Below, piece after piece: positions 1-10,624 of a DNA stretch of 64,000 nucleotides. Position 1 is the stretch's first letter; every line of letters begins with the position of its first letter. Made by a program: the position numbers and the translations under genes. This stretch comes from an uncultured delta proteobacterium. GTDB taxonomy: Bacteria; Bdellovibrionota; FAC87; UBA2466. The notes under the pieces were generated by a model, which was not told where the DNA came from, ran no database searches, and was given only the letters and a program-made list of their open reading frames with translations. The stretch spans positions 1-64,000 of the forward strand of contig CAVZSV010000004.1 in NCBI GenBank assembly GCA_963778115.1, written 5' to 3'.

Positions 1-180
1 TAAGAGCAGCTCTTGCCCCCGTCACGATGGAACTAAAACCATTCGTGCTTGACCGGTTAGAAGAACTATATGCTCGGTTTGTGATTAATATAGAGCCGTC
101 TCCTTCGAAAAAATCGTGATTTTTCAATAGGTTCCAATTCTCATCTGGCCGATTCCTTCGTTTTTTTATATTATCCGCCG

Positions 181-1758
181 ATGCTTTCCCGCGAGACGTT
201 TGCTTTTGCCGCCGTTACTTTGTTTTTTCTTCTTTGTGCATGTGAACAACGACATTCTTTAACAGGAATTTCCCCGTCTCCTAATGCTTCTTCTTCCGCT
301 TCTGCGTCTGCTTCCCACGCCGCTCCCTTGGTAGTTAAGGCAACTGCAATTGCTCTCTATGAAGCTCCTAAAAGCGAGGAGCATCTGAATCGATTTTTTG
401 CCGTGCTCGAAGTACAGAGCCCCCGAGAAGTTCCTGTGCGAATCACCCGAACGACGGAAAAACTAAAAACGACCCCTGTTCCCATCGGGATTCTAGAGGC
501 CAATCAAGATAATCTTAAAGACGATCGTGTCGTTCCCGAGGTTCAATACACTTACCACTTCGAGCCAGTGGCAAAAACCGGAGTTAAGTCTGCACTCCCT
601 AGCCCAAGTGACGCCACCCTTTACATAGCACCCGATCAACACATCAGCGGAAACTATCAACTGACGGGCGACACTACGATCGCGTGCGAAGGACGCCTTT
701 TGCTGGATCCCCAAACCAACATTATTACGGATGGCTACCAGCTTGCGATAAACACCAAAGAACTCTTTGCCTGGGGCGAAGTCACCATCTCCGCCCTGCC
801 CTTTCAAAAGATTCCCACAACAGCCGGGGCAAAGTTAACGCCGCTAAACATTTCTCAAACTTTTCCCAAGACCGTTTCTGTGACTGCGGAAAGGGCAACG
901 GGACACCTCATTTTTATGCCGCAAGTGGAGATTCCTGCGTTCCGCTTTGTGGAAAAGAACGCGAAATGGGGATCCACAGCACCTTCGCTACCCACACAAC
1001 CGGTTACGTTTGCCTTTAAAGAGCACCCCCAACTTGAAATTGAGGTACGTGCCCTTCCCAGTCCGCCACTGGGTCGCCCACTCCTCCCCCATGAACGAAA
1101 GAACGTTCAGTGGAGTCCAATTTTTGGGACATTGGGAAACGACCATTATTACTTCTTAGGACGAGAGCTGGTCGCGGCTAATGATTATGCCGGACTCTAT
1201 GCCACCCCCTACAACCGCGCCTTTATGGTGGTCTCTCCCGCCGAAGGGAGAACGTTTTTCCTCTCTTACAAGAATCCTGATCTCGGGCTCATCAGCGTAG
1301 GAAATATGCCCGAGGACTTTCCGATAACGGACGATGACTTTGACATTCCTGCGGGTGAGCATTGGCCGGGCAAAGCATCCCTGCGCAGACTCAAGGGAAC
1401 CGAACCTGAGCTGACTGAGCCCGTTCAACGTTTGATTCGTCTTATAAACGATATTCTAGATCTTCAACAAGTATTGGGGCATGACGGACCTAACCTAGAT
1501 ATTGAATTCTTGCCGGGAAAAGTTAATTTCAGCGACGGACAAATTCGCTTTGTGGAAGCCATGAAAGCCAGTCCCGCGAAATTTTCAGATCGCCTTCGTC
1601 GCAAAAACATTTCGTCGATCGTTCTGTGGAATCTTGGTTCGGGTACGTTTTTCCGTCGGGGATCTTCGAAACTTGTGATTACACCTGCAGTGGAGAGTTC
1701 CCCAGAGGGCATCCTGCGAACGCTGGAATCAGGAAACGAAACTCGCTTAGTCCAATAA
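181..1758 (+). CDS. Hypothetical lipoprotein
   Basis: 525-aa ORF; hydrophobic N-terminus ending in lipobox LCAC, then a Ser/Ala-rich linker; no recognised catalytic motif. Confidence 0.75.
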   Translation: MLSRETFAFAAVTLFFLLCACEQRHSLTGISPSPNASSSASASASHAAPLVVKATAIALYEAPKSEEHLNRFFAVLEVQSPREVPVRITRTTEKLKTTPVPIGILEANQDNLKDDRVVPEVQYTYHFEPVAKTGVKSALPSPSDATLYIAPDQHISGNYQLTGDTTIACEGRLLLDPQTNIITDGYQLAINTKELFAWGEVTISALPFQKIPTTAGAKLTPLNISQTFPKTVSVTAERATGHLIFMPQVEIPAFRFVEKNAKWGSTAPSLPTQPVTFAFKEHPQLEIEVRALPSPPLGRPLLPHERKNVQWSPIFGTLGNDHYYFLGRELVAANDYAGLYATPYNRAFMVVSPAEGRTFFLSYKNPDLGLISVGNMPEDFPITDDDFDIPAGEHWPGKASLRRLKGTEPELTEPVQRLIRLINDILDLQQVLGHDGPNLDIEFLPGKVNFSDGQIRFVEAMKASPAKFSDRLRRKNISSIVLWNLGSGTFFRRGSSKLVITPAVESSPEGILRTLESGNETRLVQ

Positions 1759-1789
1759 AAAAGGCCCGGAAAGCAACGCCTTCCGGGCC
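1757..1789 (-). terminator. Rho-independent terminator between convergent genes
   Basis: Stem GGCCCGGAA (1763-1771)/TTCCGGGCC (1781-1789); followed by a T6 tract on the minus strand. Confidence 0.85.
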
Positions 1790-1806
1790 CTAAGAATTTC
1801 TATCTC

Positions 1807-4089
1807 TTACTCAGCCGAACATTTCAAATCGTCGGCCGTATATGCTTTAAGTGCTGTTAACACCTTCGCCGCTTTCGCCTGGAAGGCAGCCACATTGGCT
1901 TGCACGGCTGCTTTCGCATCCGCCGACGACTTGCTATCGCCCGCTGCGAGTAGTGTCGGATCGCAGAGGTGCGCTTTGATCCGGCCAAGAACATAGGCCT
2001 TAACAGACGCCGTTCCCTGGGCAACCAACGGACGTCCGCTCTTTCCAAAGAAGTTCGTCCACGTGCCTGACGTCTCATCCGCGGTGGAGGCATATAAACC
2101 CATTCCGGTGAAGAAGCTCGTCAACTCCGAATCCATCTCGGGAACGGTCCAAGTGGGTGCCGCCCCCGAAGTACCAGCCAAGAGCAAAGTGGCTCTCGAA
2201 AGCCGGTTCTCGAAGTAGCCGAACGGATCGTCGGTCGCATCACTCGAATTACACTCGGCAGAGCCGGAGTAATTGTTATGAGCTGAAGGTTGATCTTCGT
2301 CCGTGCAGAACATATTGCGCACCGTGGGTTCGACGCCTAAGTAACCGTACTTGATGGCCATCAGATCGTAGTCACCGACGTGATCGTACTCACGATAGTT
2401 GCGTCCTAAGTACTCCATCACGGATGCCGAGACATGGCCGTCGCTAGCTGTGGCAGCGCCATACAGACTGCCTCGGAAGTTATGGCGAAGTCCCAGGTTA
2501 TGCCCCAGTTCGTGGGTCAACATGTCGTGGAAGTATCCTGCCATGTAGGTCGCATAGTCCATGTTGGGAGGAAGCTCCTCGAAGTCATTTCTTTCGACGG
2601 AAGGATCTTCATATCCCGGAACTTGGGAAGTGACACGGAACTGAAGTCCGGCACCTACCGTAAGGCTCAATTGGGGAGCTTTCAAGGAGTCGAGAGTGCG
2701 ATTCTCCGCTATTTTGGCGGCGTGAAGTAGCTTCTCGGCCTGTTGATCTTCTCCTTGAGCCAAAAGAGCTTGCGCCTGTTGTCCCGTTTTAAACCAGTCG
2801 GTATAGAGTTTAACCACCGTGGGACCTTGAATGAGCACATTCGCGGAGAAGATTTCGCCGGTGAACTGATTGGCCACCGACGGTCCCAACCCGCCATAGG
2901 AGGCTTGGTTTACCAAGTCCCATTCGACGATGTTGTAACGTACATCACCCGTTACCAGTTCGTCATTGAGGGCACTGGTAGGATCGACAAACTCGTAGCT
3001 AAAGATCTTCTTTCCCACGAGTTCGACAAAGTGTTGGTTCCACTCATCGAAGCAACTGGCGAAGGCTGCTTGATATTCCTTCGGTACGTTCTTGATGTAA
3101 TAGTGAACCGGGGCCGGAAGGGCCGAATTAAAGGTCGTGGGCAACGTCCAACGCTGCAGCTTGGGAGTTGCGGTCCGGCCCGTCATGAAAAAGCCCACTC
3201 CGGTTGTGGCATCCCGTGGAGTGAAAGCGGGATTGAAAGCGGAATCTAGCTTTATATACCAACGAGTCGTAAACACGGTCTCGGGAACATTGGTATCGGT
3301 CGACTTCGAATCCACAGGAACCATGGTCGCTTCGACATCGAAGACTAACGTTGAAGTCGAGTAGTCGACCGCAACGGTCTTCGAACTCTTCGTTTTTAAT
3401 TTGGTATAAGAACCATCCGGATCGAGTAGCGCCACTAGGTTAAGCGAGGCTCCGATGGTCGAAAAATCGACCATGACCAGATTGTTGGTCTGATCCACCC
3501 CAGAGATGGGGAAAGCAAGCAAAGGTCCCTCTTCCGAAGCTTCGGTGCACTTGGAGGCACAACCGAGAAGGGCCAATGAATATTGATTCGTTCCCGTCTT
3601 AGCGACGATAGTCTTAACTCCAAGAGGCTCGATATCCGTTAGCTTCAGATCGCCGAGATTGGTGCTGTTACCATCAGAGAGTTTGGTAATGACGCCGCCA
3701 AAGACCTGCCGCTCTCCTAACAGACCGATCGGAATTCCGACCACCAAGGAGTTAGCTTTGGCATTAGCTGCGGACGCCGTGTCCGAAGATCCGGCCGCCG
3801 CGATACTTTGAGATGAAACCGGTTGGGCATAAGTATCGAGTACCTTGGCGCCGTCGGCGTTGACCGCCAATTTAATCTGACTAGACTGCACTTCATTCTG
3901 GAAAGCTTGGCTTCCCAAAACCGCGAAAGAATTCTTGTTGTCTCCTATAGTTTGATTAACGTTAGGGTCTCCCGATTTAACGAGATTTCCCAGAAGGCCA
4001 TCAGACGCATTTTTCTGGCAAGCAGCCAGAAGCGATAATCCGAGGGCAAACAGAGCTGTCTTTGATAAACGTATTCCCTTGTGTGGCAT
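1807..4089 (-). CDS. Zinc-dependent metzincin-like metalloprotease lipoprotein (EcxA/DUF4953-like)
   Basis: Lipobox LAAC; HELGHNLGLRHNF (HExxHxxGxxH); Met-turn SVMEY; GDVRYN and FTGEI segments typical of the family. Confidence 0.88.
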   Translation of the reverse strand: MPHKGIRLSKTALFALGLSLLAACQKNASDGLLGNLVKSGDPNVNQTIGDNKNSFAVLGSQAFQNEVQSSQIKLAVNADGAKVLDTYAQPVSSQSIAAAGSSDTASAANAKANSLVVGIPIGLLGERQVFGGVITKLSDGNSTNLGDLKLTDIEPLGVKTIVAKTGTNQYSLALLGCASKCTEASEEGPLLAFPISGVDQTNNLVMVDFSTIGASLNLVALLDPDGSYTKLKTKSSKTVAVDYSTSTLVFDVEATMVPVDSKSTDTNVPETVFTTRWYIKLDSAFNPAFTPRDATTGVGFFMTGRTATPKLQRWTLPTTFNSALPAPVHYYIKNVPKEYQAAFASCFDEWNQHFVELVGKKIFSYEFVDPTSALNDELVTGDVRYNIVEWDLVNQASYGGLGPSVANQFTGEIFSANVLIQGPTVVKLYTDWFKTGQQAQALLAQGEDQQAEKLLHAAKIAENRTLDSLKAPQLSLTVGAGLQFRVTSQVPGYEDPSVERNDFEELPPNMDYATYMAGYFHDMLTHELGHNLGLRHNFRGSLYGAATASDGHVSASVMEYLGRNYREYDHVGDYDLMAIKYGYLGVEPTVRNMFCTDEDQPSAHNNYSGSAECNSSDATDDPFGYFENRLSRATLLLAGTSGAAPTWTVPEMDSELTSFFTGMGLYASTADETSGTWTNFFGKSGRPLVAQGTASVKAYVLGRIKAHLCDPTLLAAGDSKSSADAKAAVQANVAAFQAKAAKVLTALKAYTADDLKCSAE

Positions 4090-4119
4090 TTAATCCCCCC
4101 ATACCCATACTTTATGCGG

Positions 4120-4135
4120 AGCAAGAGTTATGCCA
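4120..4135 (-). promoter_or_regulatory. Sigma-54 -24/-12 promoter of the metalloprotease
   Basis: Minus strand TGGCATAACTCTTGCT = GG-N10-GC, 30 bp upstream of the ATG. Confidence 0.8.
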
Positions 4136-4395
4136 CGGGGAGAAACGCGAAGAGCCGCACCCCGTCTGGAAAAGCGGACGAAACTGTGGATCTAAATTGG
4201 AACTAGTACCAATTCGAGAGTGAATTTTTTTCTCGCTGCTGTTAACAATTGAGAACAAACAGCCGTTAGCGACGGCAAGTTTTGCAATCCTAATGCCAAG
4301 CCGACAGGTAATTTTTTCCTGTTTTCGCTGGCAACCCTACGGGCATTGACCTCGCGAAAATAACGGTGTTTATCATGACTAACGAAAAATAATTC

Positions 4396-6222
4396 ATGCT
4401 AACCCATTTAAGCATCCAAGGACTGGCGATCATCGATTCTCTCTCCATTGATCTGTCTTCTGGATTTAACGTGCTAACGGGAGAGACGGGAGCCGGAAAA
4501 TCGATCCTCATTAAAGCCCTTAACTATCTGATGGGAGCCAAAGCTAGCCCCGATGCCGTCCGCCAAGGGTCTTCTTCCGCCATGATAACGGGAGAATTCC
4601 ATGTTCCCTTGGGACATGCCTCGTTAATCACGCTTGAAAATCTGGGCATCCCCTTCGAAGAGGACTTTAACGGAGTTACGATTGTACTTAGACGTCAGAT
4701 TACCGATAAGGGGAGATCTAACTCCTGGGTTAATGATGTTGTCATTACCAACCAGCCTCTAAAGGAACTAGGGACAAAGCTTGTAGATGTCTTTGGCCAA
4801 CATGAGAATCAGAGGCTAATGAATCCGTCCGAGCATCTAAGCTATGTCGATAATTTTCTAAAAGATGCAGGCCCCCTAAAACGGGTGCAACGACTCTACG
4901 TGACCTGTCACGACATTATCCGAAATCTAGAGACCCTGCTTCGGACGTTCGAAACGCGCCAAAAAGACCGGGATTACCTAGCCTTCCGCTTGGAAACGCT
5001 GCAGACTTTTAGCCCCTCGCTCGAAGATTTCGAGCGTGTGTCCCATCTGCTCCAACGATCGGAGCTCTCGGTGGAGCTCAGAGACACGTTAGCCAAGGCA
5101 CTCTCGTCTATCAATGGCGAGAGCGGTTCCGACAGCGTATCTTCTGCGATCCGACAATGCGCCAAATTGCTTTTGGGCAGAAAATCGAAAATCTCAGCCC
5201 CTGAATTTGTTTCTATGGGCGAGCGAGCCGAGACACTGGCGGCGGAGTTAGATGACTTAAGTTTTGAACTCGAAAAATTAGCCTCTGGATTTGAAATAGA
5301 CGAACAGGAGCTCGAATCCGCACAGAAGCGGGTCTTCGATTATCAAGACCTGTTTCGCAAACATTCCGTCAGAGACTTGCCTTCGCTGCTTTCCGAAGCG
5401 GACCGTCTTGAAAAGGAGCTTCAGTTTCTAGAATCTGCGGCGGCGCAAATCTCCTCCTCCTTAGAAGAGCTGGGATCCAAGACAAAGCAGCTGGTTGAAG
5501 CAGCCTGCGAACTGACTAAAGCCCGCAAGAAGGCTTCTACCACTATTAAAAAATCCGTAGAGGAAGAGTTACATGAACTTGCGATGCCGGGCTCTAGGTT
5601 CGAAATCGAGTGGGCTCCGGTAACCCGCCACCTTCCCGAAATCGACCTAAGCCCTTTAGATCAAGGGCTCCAAAAGACGTGGGAGGATCTTAAGACTATC
5701 CTTTCAACAGTTTCCGATTCCGGTGCTGAAAAAGCGCAATTCCAACTTGCCTCTAATCGAGGTGAAGCCTTGATGGCGCTTTCACGAGTAGCGTCCGGCG
5801 GCGAGCTTTCTAGGATCATGCTGGCATTTAAACGAAGCCTTGCCGTCGATGCGGAGACCTGTGTGTTGGTCTTTGACGAAATCGATACCGGAATTTCCGG
5901 TAGAGTCGCGGATGTGGTTGGTAGAAAGATGCAAGAGCTAGCGAGTCGTTTTCAAGTCATTTGTATCTCGCATCTCCCTCAAGTTGCGGTCTATGCCGAC
6001 ACGCATTTTCTAGTCCAGAAGAAGGAAAAGGGAAAACGCACGGAGACTTCGATCGTAAGACTTTCCGCCGATGAAAGCGCCAAAGAGATAGCTCGGTTAT
6101 TATCAGGAGCTGAGGTTTCGTCTCCGTCACTTGCCAATGCGAAAAGTTTGATTGAAAAGGCGCATTCGAGGAAGAGGACAAAGTTTAAGAAGAAACCGGA
6201 TTCCCACGCACGCTCCTCCTAG
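4396..6222 (+). CDS. recN: DNA repair protein RecN
   Basis: Walker A GETGAGKS, GQHE, coiled coil, ASGGE signature, VFDEID, ISHLPQVA. Confidence 0.96.
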   Translation: MLTHLSIQGLAIIDSLSIDLSSGFNVLTGETGAGKSILIKALNYLMGAKASPDAVRQGSSSAMITGEFHVPLGHASLITLENLGIPFEEDFNGVTIVLRRQITDKGRSNSWVNDVVITNQPLKELGTKLVDVFGQHENQRLMNPSEHLSYVDNFLKDAGPLKRVQRLYVTCHDIIRNLETLLRTFETRQKDRDYLAFRLETLQTFSPSLEDFERVSHLLQRSELSVELRDTLAKALSSINGESGSDSVSSAIRQCAKLLLGRKSKISAPEFVSMGERAETLAAELDDLSFELEKLASGFEIDEQELESAQKRVFDYQDLFRKHSVRDLPSLLSEADRLEKELQFLESAAAQISSSLEELGSKTKQLVEAACELTKARKKASTTIKKSVEEELHELAMPGSRFEIEWAPVTRHLPEIDLSPLDQGLQKTWEDLKTILSTVSDSGAEKAQFQLASNRGEALMALSRVASGGELSRIMLAFKRSLAVDAETCVLVFDEIDTGISGRVADVVGRKMQELASRFQVICISHLPQVAVYADTHFLVQKKEKGKRTETSIVRLSADESAKEIARLLSGAEVSSPSLANAKSLIEKAHSRKRTKFKKKPDSHARSS

Positions 6223-6292
6223 TACTAGGTACCGTTTCGATGGGGCGAAAAGCTTTTCTCCCACCCCATTTTGCGCTATTTTCTCCCTCACT

Positions 6293-6931
6293 ATGATGAC
6301 GACCATCCCGGGGCTCAGCCTTTCTCCTCGCAGCATTTTTTGTATAGGCAGAAATTATGCGGAACACGCCAAGGAGCTCGGGAATGCAGTACCCACAACA
6401 CCCATCGTTTTTTTAAAGCCGCTTAGTTCCTTGTGCGGCTCAGGCGAAAAATTGGTATTGCCCAAAGAGAGCCATAACATTCATCACGAAACCGAAGTGG
6501 TCATTGCCATTGAGCGGGCAGCCCAAAACCTAACCGAAGACAATGCGCTATCGGTCGTGGCCGGATATGCGATTGGGATCGATGTGACCGCGCGCGATCT
6601 GCAAGACGACGCCAAGAAGAAGGGCATGCCATGGACGCTATCGAAAGGCTTTCCCACCTTTGCTCCGCTTAGCCCATTCGTGAAGGGGGCGGAATTGCCG
6701 CTGTCGTTTTCCCTTAAGATAAACGGTGTCCTAAGGCAGCAGGGAAACACGGCTGATATGATCTTTTCTATCCCCAAGCTCTTGGTGTATTTGGCTTCGG
6801 TTTTCACGCTAAGTCCTGGAGATCTTATCTTTACTGGAACTCCCAGTGGCGTCGGCCCGTTGAAGTCAGGAGATAGGCTCGAAGCAGTCCTGGGCCAGGG
6901 AGCTAGCCGTCTCGAACTCCAAGTGGAATAG
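6293..6931 (+). CDS. Fumarylacetoacetate hydrolase family protein
   Basis: CIGRNYAEHAKE, FLKP, HHETE, DVTARDLQ, TGTPSGVG; start moved to ATG 6293 to avoid overlap with recN. Confidence 0.92.
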   Translation: MMTTIPGLSLSPRSIFCIGRNYAEHAKELGNAVPTTPIVFLKPLSSLCGSGEKLVLPKESHNIHHETEVVIAIERAAQNLTEDNALSVVAGYAIGIDVTARDLQDDAKKKGMPWTLSKGFPTFAPLSPFVKGAELPLSFSLKINGVLRQQGNTADMIFSIPKLLVYLASVFTLSPGDLIFTGTPSGVGPLKSGDRLEAVLGQGASRLELQVE

Positions 6932-6997
6932 GACCTTTCCTACCGCTCCTTGACTCGGCGTCTGAGCGTGCCAAACTGAAGGAAAGGAGCCTTTTTC

Positions 6998-7384
6998 ATG
7001 GATTTTCTGGATAATCAAAAACTTTTGCCGCCCCGCACGGGGGATGGCCCGAATGAAGACGGAGATGGCGCGGACGACGGCCGCACCGATGAGAGTACCC
7101 ACGTTTTGGTTCAGCCGAATGCTGAGACCAAGACTCCGTCTTTTTACAAGGTCCGGATGCTCAACGACGATTTTACCCCCAGGGATTTTGTGATCGAGGT
7201 TCTAAAAAAGTTCTTTCATAAGCAAGACGGCGAAGCTACCCAGCTTATGCTTCAAATTCATCACAAAGGTTCTGGAGTGGCCGGCGTTTATACTTACGAG
7301 ATCGCCGAAACCAAAGCTTATCAGTGCAACGATTATTCTAGGCAGAACAAATATCCTCTGAAGTGCACGGTGGAGAAAGCATGA
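6998..7384 (+). CDS. clpS: Clp protease adaptor ClpS
   Basis: YKVRMLNDDFTP, IHHKG, YEIAETK, YPLKC; ATGA overlap with clpA. Confidence 0.95.
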   Translation: MDFLDNQKLLPPRTGDGPNEDGDGADDGRTDESTHVLVQPNAETKTPSFYKVRMLNDDFTPRDFVIEVLKKFFHKQDGEATQLMLQIHHKGSGVAGVYTYEIAETKAYQCNDYSRQNKYPLKCTVEKA

Positions 7385-9705
7385 CCTTATCGGCTGAAGT
7401 CGAAAAACTCATCAACGGCGCAATTAAATACGCCATCGATCATCACCATGAGTACGTGAGCCTCGAACACGTCATGCTGGGGATGGCCGATGACAAAGAC
7501 GCCATTGAGGTTCTTACGGCATGCGGGGGAAATATTCCCAGACTCAAGCGTCAGCTGGAAGAGTTCATGGAGGCGCACTCACCGAAAGTGCCAGAGACTA
7601 AGGTCGCTTTCGGGGGAACTCCCACAAGCCCGTCGCTGACCATAGGCTTTCACCGAGTGGTTCAGCGAGCGATTGTTCAAGTCCAGAGTTCTGACAGAGA
7701 GAAAGTAACTACGGTAAATCTGCTGATATCGTTGCTCCGGGAAGAAGAATCACCCGCCGTAGTATTTTTAGCCCAACAAGGGATTACTCGCTTTGACATC
7801 ATCAATTACTATTCCCATGGAGTGACTTCGGAAGAGTCGATGGGAGCTGAAGAAGAGTCGGCCGAAGGCCCCACGGGAACTCCGGCGCCTACTCAACCCG
7901 GCGAAACCAAAGTAAAGGGTTCGCCTCTAAAAAGTTTTTGCGTCAATCTCAACGAGAGGGCGGAAAAGGGGCTCATCGATCCACTCATCGGCCGAGACGA
8001 CGTTATCGAACGCGTGCTGCAGATTCTGGCACGTCGAACCAAGAACAACGTCCTTTTGGTGGGAGAGCCTGGTGTAGGCAAGACCGCCATCGCCGACGGA
8101 CTGGCTCTTAAGATCATAAAGAACCAAGTCCCTCCCCGACTCCAAAAGGCCGTTATTTACTCGCTCGATATGGGCGCTTTACTCGCCGGAACGAAATTCC
8201 GAGGAGATTTTGAAAACCGATTAAAATCCGTCATTAAGGCTTTAGAAGCCCAGCCCAATGCGCTGCTTTTTATCGATGAAATGCACACCATTGTAGGTGC
8301 CGGTGCGGTAAGCGGCGGATCGATGGACGCTTCTAATTTACTAAAACCAAGCTTGGTGAATCGAACGTTAAGCTGTATCGGCTCCACGACGTTCAAGGAG
8401 TTCCGCTCGTCTTTAGAGAAAGATCAGGCACTCCTTAGAAGATTTCAGCGCGTCGACATCAAGCCTCCTTCGATAGAACAAACGATCGACATTCTAAATG
8501 GATTACGATCGCGATACGAAGAGTTCCATCAAGTGCGCTACACACCGTCTGCTATCGAAGCAGCGGCCGAATTATCGGAAAGATTCATTCATACCAGACC
8601 ACTCCCCGATAAAGCTATCGACGTCATGGACGAAGCGGGCGCGCGATTGCGGCTTAAAGCAAAACCCGACGAAATGGTGACCGTGGAAGAGAAAGATATT
8701 GAAGAGGTCGTCTCCTTCATCGCACAGGTCCCGGCACGCTCGGTGTCGGCTGGCGACAAAGGAAGACTTAAGACGCTCGATACCGATCTTAGGTCCGTTA
8801 TCTTTGGACAAGATAAAGCCATTGCGCAATTAGTGGCCGCTATTAAGCTCGCCCGCACGGGACTCGGCAGAAAAGGAAAGCCTATCGGCTGTTACCTCTT
8901 CACCGGAGCTACCGGTGTCGGAAAGACCGAAGTCAGTCGCCAACTAGCGAAACTCTTGGGGACTGAGCTTTTGCGTTTTGATATGAGCGAGTACATGGAG
9001 AAACACGCGGTTTCTAGACTGGTGGGCGCTCCTCCTGGATATGTGGGATACGACGAAGGGGGGCTCTTAACAGAAGCCGTTTTTAAGAACCCCTATGCCG
9101 TTTTGCTTTTGGACGAAATGGAAAAGGCCCATCCCGATATCGCTAATATTTTGCTCCAAGTGATGGACAGCGGAAAGTTAACCGACGCCAACGGGAAGGT
9201 TGCCGATTTCAGCAACGTCATTCTCATCATGACTTCTAACGCCGGAGCCCGCGAAGTCGCAAAACAAGGGATCGGAATTCGTCCCGCTGGAGGTGCCAAT
9301 AAATCGCTCGACGCGGTGAAAAAGGCCTTCACCCCAGAATTTCTAAATCGATTAGATGCCATCGTGACGTTTGCCGATCTCTCAAAGCCCATTGTCATGA
9401 TGGTAATCGACAAGTTCATTAAAGAACTTCAAGAACAACTGAAAGAAAAAAAGACCAAGCTTTTTGTTTCCAAAGCCGCCAAAGATTGGATTTACGAAAA
9501 AGGGTACGACCCGGCCTACGGCGCCCGCCCCTTGGCCCGCACCATCGACGAACACATCAAGACTCCCCTTGTCGACCATCTGCTGTTTGGAGATCTCGAA
9601 AATGGAGGAGAGGTCCGTGTCGACGTTGACGGCGAAAAATTGGTCTTTGGTTTTGTCCCCGGCACCCCACCACGTGCAATGATTTCGGCACCTAAAACGA
9701 AATAA
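7381..9705 (+). CDS. clpA: ATP-dependent Clp protease ATPase ClpA
   Basis: Clp-N domain; two AAA modules (GEPGVGKT, GATGVGKT); FDMSEYMEKH; no middle coiled coil; follows clpS. Confidence 0.96.
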   Translation: MTLSAEVEKLINGAIKYAIDHHHEYVSLEHVMLGMADDKDAIEVLTACGGNIPRLKRQLEEFMEAHSPKVPETKVAFGGTPTSPSLTIGFHRVVQRAIVQVQSSDREKVTTVNLLISLLREEESPAVVFLAQQGITRFDIINYYSHGVTSEESMGAEEESAEGPTGTPAPTQPGETKVKGSPLKSFCVNLNERAEKGLIDPLIGRDDVIERVLQILARRTKNNVLLVGEPGVGKTAIADGLALKIIKNQVPPRLQKAVIYSLDMGALLAGTKFRGDFENRLKSVIKALEAQPNALLFIDEMHTIVGAGAVSGGSMDASNLLKPSLVNRTLSCIGSTTFKEFRSSLEKDQALLRRFQRVDIKPPSIEQTIDILNGLRSRYEEFHQVRYTPSAIEAAAELSERFIHTRPLPDKAIDVMDEAGARLRLKAKPDEMVTVEEKDIEEVVSFIAQVPARSVSAGDKGRLKTLDTDLRSVIFGQDKAIAQLVAAIKLARTGLGRKGKPIGCYLFTGATGVGKTEVSRQLAKLLGTELLRFDMSEYMEKHAVSRLVGAPPGYVGYDEGGLLTEAVFKNPYAVLLLDEMEKAHPDIANILLQVMDSGKLTDANGKVADFSNVILIMTSNAGAREVAKQGIGIRPAGGANKSLDAVKKAFTPEFLNRLDAIVTFADLSKPIVMMVIDKFIKELQEQLKEKKTKLFVSKAAKDWIYEKGYDPAYGARPLARTIDEHIKTPLVDHLLFGDLENGGEVRVDVDGEKLVFGFVPGTPPRAMISAPKTK

Positions 9706-9829
9706 CCACCACCCAGGCACACGCCGACCTCGCTAGCTTTCATTGCGAGTTCGAAGGCGACCAAACAACCCGTAAGTCACATGGGCGCTCTTTCGACACT
9801 TTTCTCCCCCGTATTCAACACCAGTCTAC

Positions 9830-9845
9830 AGGCGAGCGATTTGCA
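9830..9845 (+). promoter_or_regulatory. Candidate sigma-54 promoter
   Basis: AGGCGAGCGATTTGCA = GG-N10-GC with TTGCA, about 52 bp before ATG 9897. Confidence 0.55.
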
Positions 9846-9896
9846 TCTTTGCCGCTCACACCAGTTGGGGTGGGAAAATAGGAGTTATCGAACATT

Positions 9897-10487
9897 ATGA
9901 AGAGTTGGATTGTGGCTTTTTTAGCGTGCATCTTTCTTATGGCCCCCGAACCTGTGATGGCCGAACAGGCGCCGGCCGCTTCGAATAGTTTGTCCCCTAC
10001 TTACCTATCCCGTTTTCAGTTGGGCGTGGAAGCCTTCGGGCCAGGAATTTACTACTCCGTCTTTGGTTCCTATCGAATTATTAAGGAGCTAGCGGTGAAT
10101 CTCGGAGCCTCTTACTTTCCACTCTCTTCGGCGGGTACCAGTAGCTTAAGTGTCTTTACCGTTCCCGTTTCGGTCTCTCTTTTACTAGGCGGACACAGCA
10201 GTAATTTCGAGGCCATAGGAGGCCTTAGCTTTCTATTCGTCTCGGCTAGTATTCCCATATCGAGTACGTCGAGTTCCGTAGTCCAATCTCTCGATGCCTC
10301 GGGAAGCGCCGTCATGCCCTTTTTCGGGCTTGGATACCGTCTGTGGCCCGAAGATGGGGGTTTTAGCTTTCGAGCCACTTTGTACGGAATGTTTCTTCCC
10401 GGCGGAGGAAATAGCTCTTCGTCTTCTTATTCGAGCATTCCTCTTATCCTGATTACCCCGGGCTTAAGCTTTGGGTACAGTTTCTAA
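9897..10487 (+). CDS. Putative outer-membrane beta-barrel protein
   Basis: Signal peptide; alternating amphipathic strands; C-terminal beta-signal LSFGYSF; SD AGGAG. Confidence 0.75.
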   Translation: MKSWIVAFLACIFLMAPEPVMAEQAPAASNSLSPTYLSRFQLGVEAFGPGIYYSVFGSYRIIKELAVNLGASYFPLSSAGTSSLSVFTVPVSVSLLLGGHSSNFEAIGGLSFLFVSASIPISSTSSSVVQSLDASGSAVMPFFGLGYRLWPEDGGFSFRATLYGMFLPGGGNSSSSSYSSIPLILITPGLSFGYSF

Positions 10488-10510
10488 GCGGTGCCCGTTT
10501 ACGTCCCTAG

Positions 10511-10528
10511 TGCTACGTTTTCGTACCA
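10511..10528. promoter_or_regulatory. Candidate bEBP enhancer (UAS)
   Basis: TGCTAC-GTTTTC-GTACCA imperfect palindrome about 100 bp upstream of a sigma-54 site; weaker copy 20 bp earlier (10491-10508); similar motifs at 15318 and 15376. Confidence 0.55.
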
Positions 10529-10572
10529 TTGGTTAATGGCTGAACCTTGCCTATTTTCTCGGAAATGTAGGC

Positions 10573-10585
10573 TAAACAACTGATA
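10573..10585 (-). promoter_or_regulatory. Candidate IHF site
   Basis: TATCAG-TTGT-TTA matches WATCARNNNNTTR and lies between the UAS and the -24/-12 box. Confidence 0.55.
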
Positions 10586-10624
10586 TTCCTTGAATATGAA
10601 ATGGTCATCTCCACTCGGTCTGCT

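Noticed and set aside
6152..6292. N-terminal extensions in the ORF track (FAH here; also clpA, NtrC, Cache sensor, Rcp1-like, S9, rimI, ridA)
   Set aside because: They overlap neighbouring genes or promoters and precede the conserved domain start; later starts were chosen
10537..10550. TGGCTGAACCTTGC as a sigma-54 box
   Set aside because: Spacing is GG-N9-GC; RpoN requires N10
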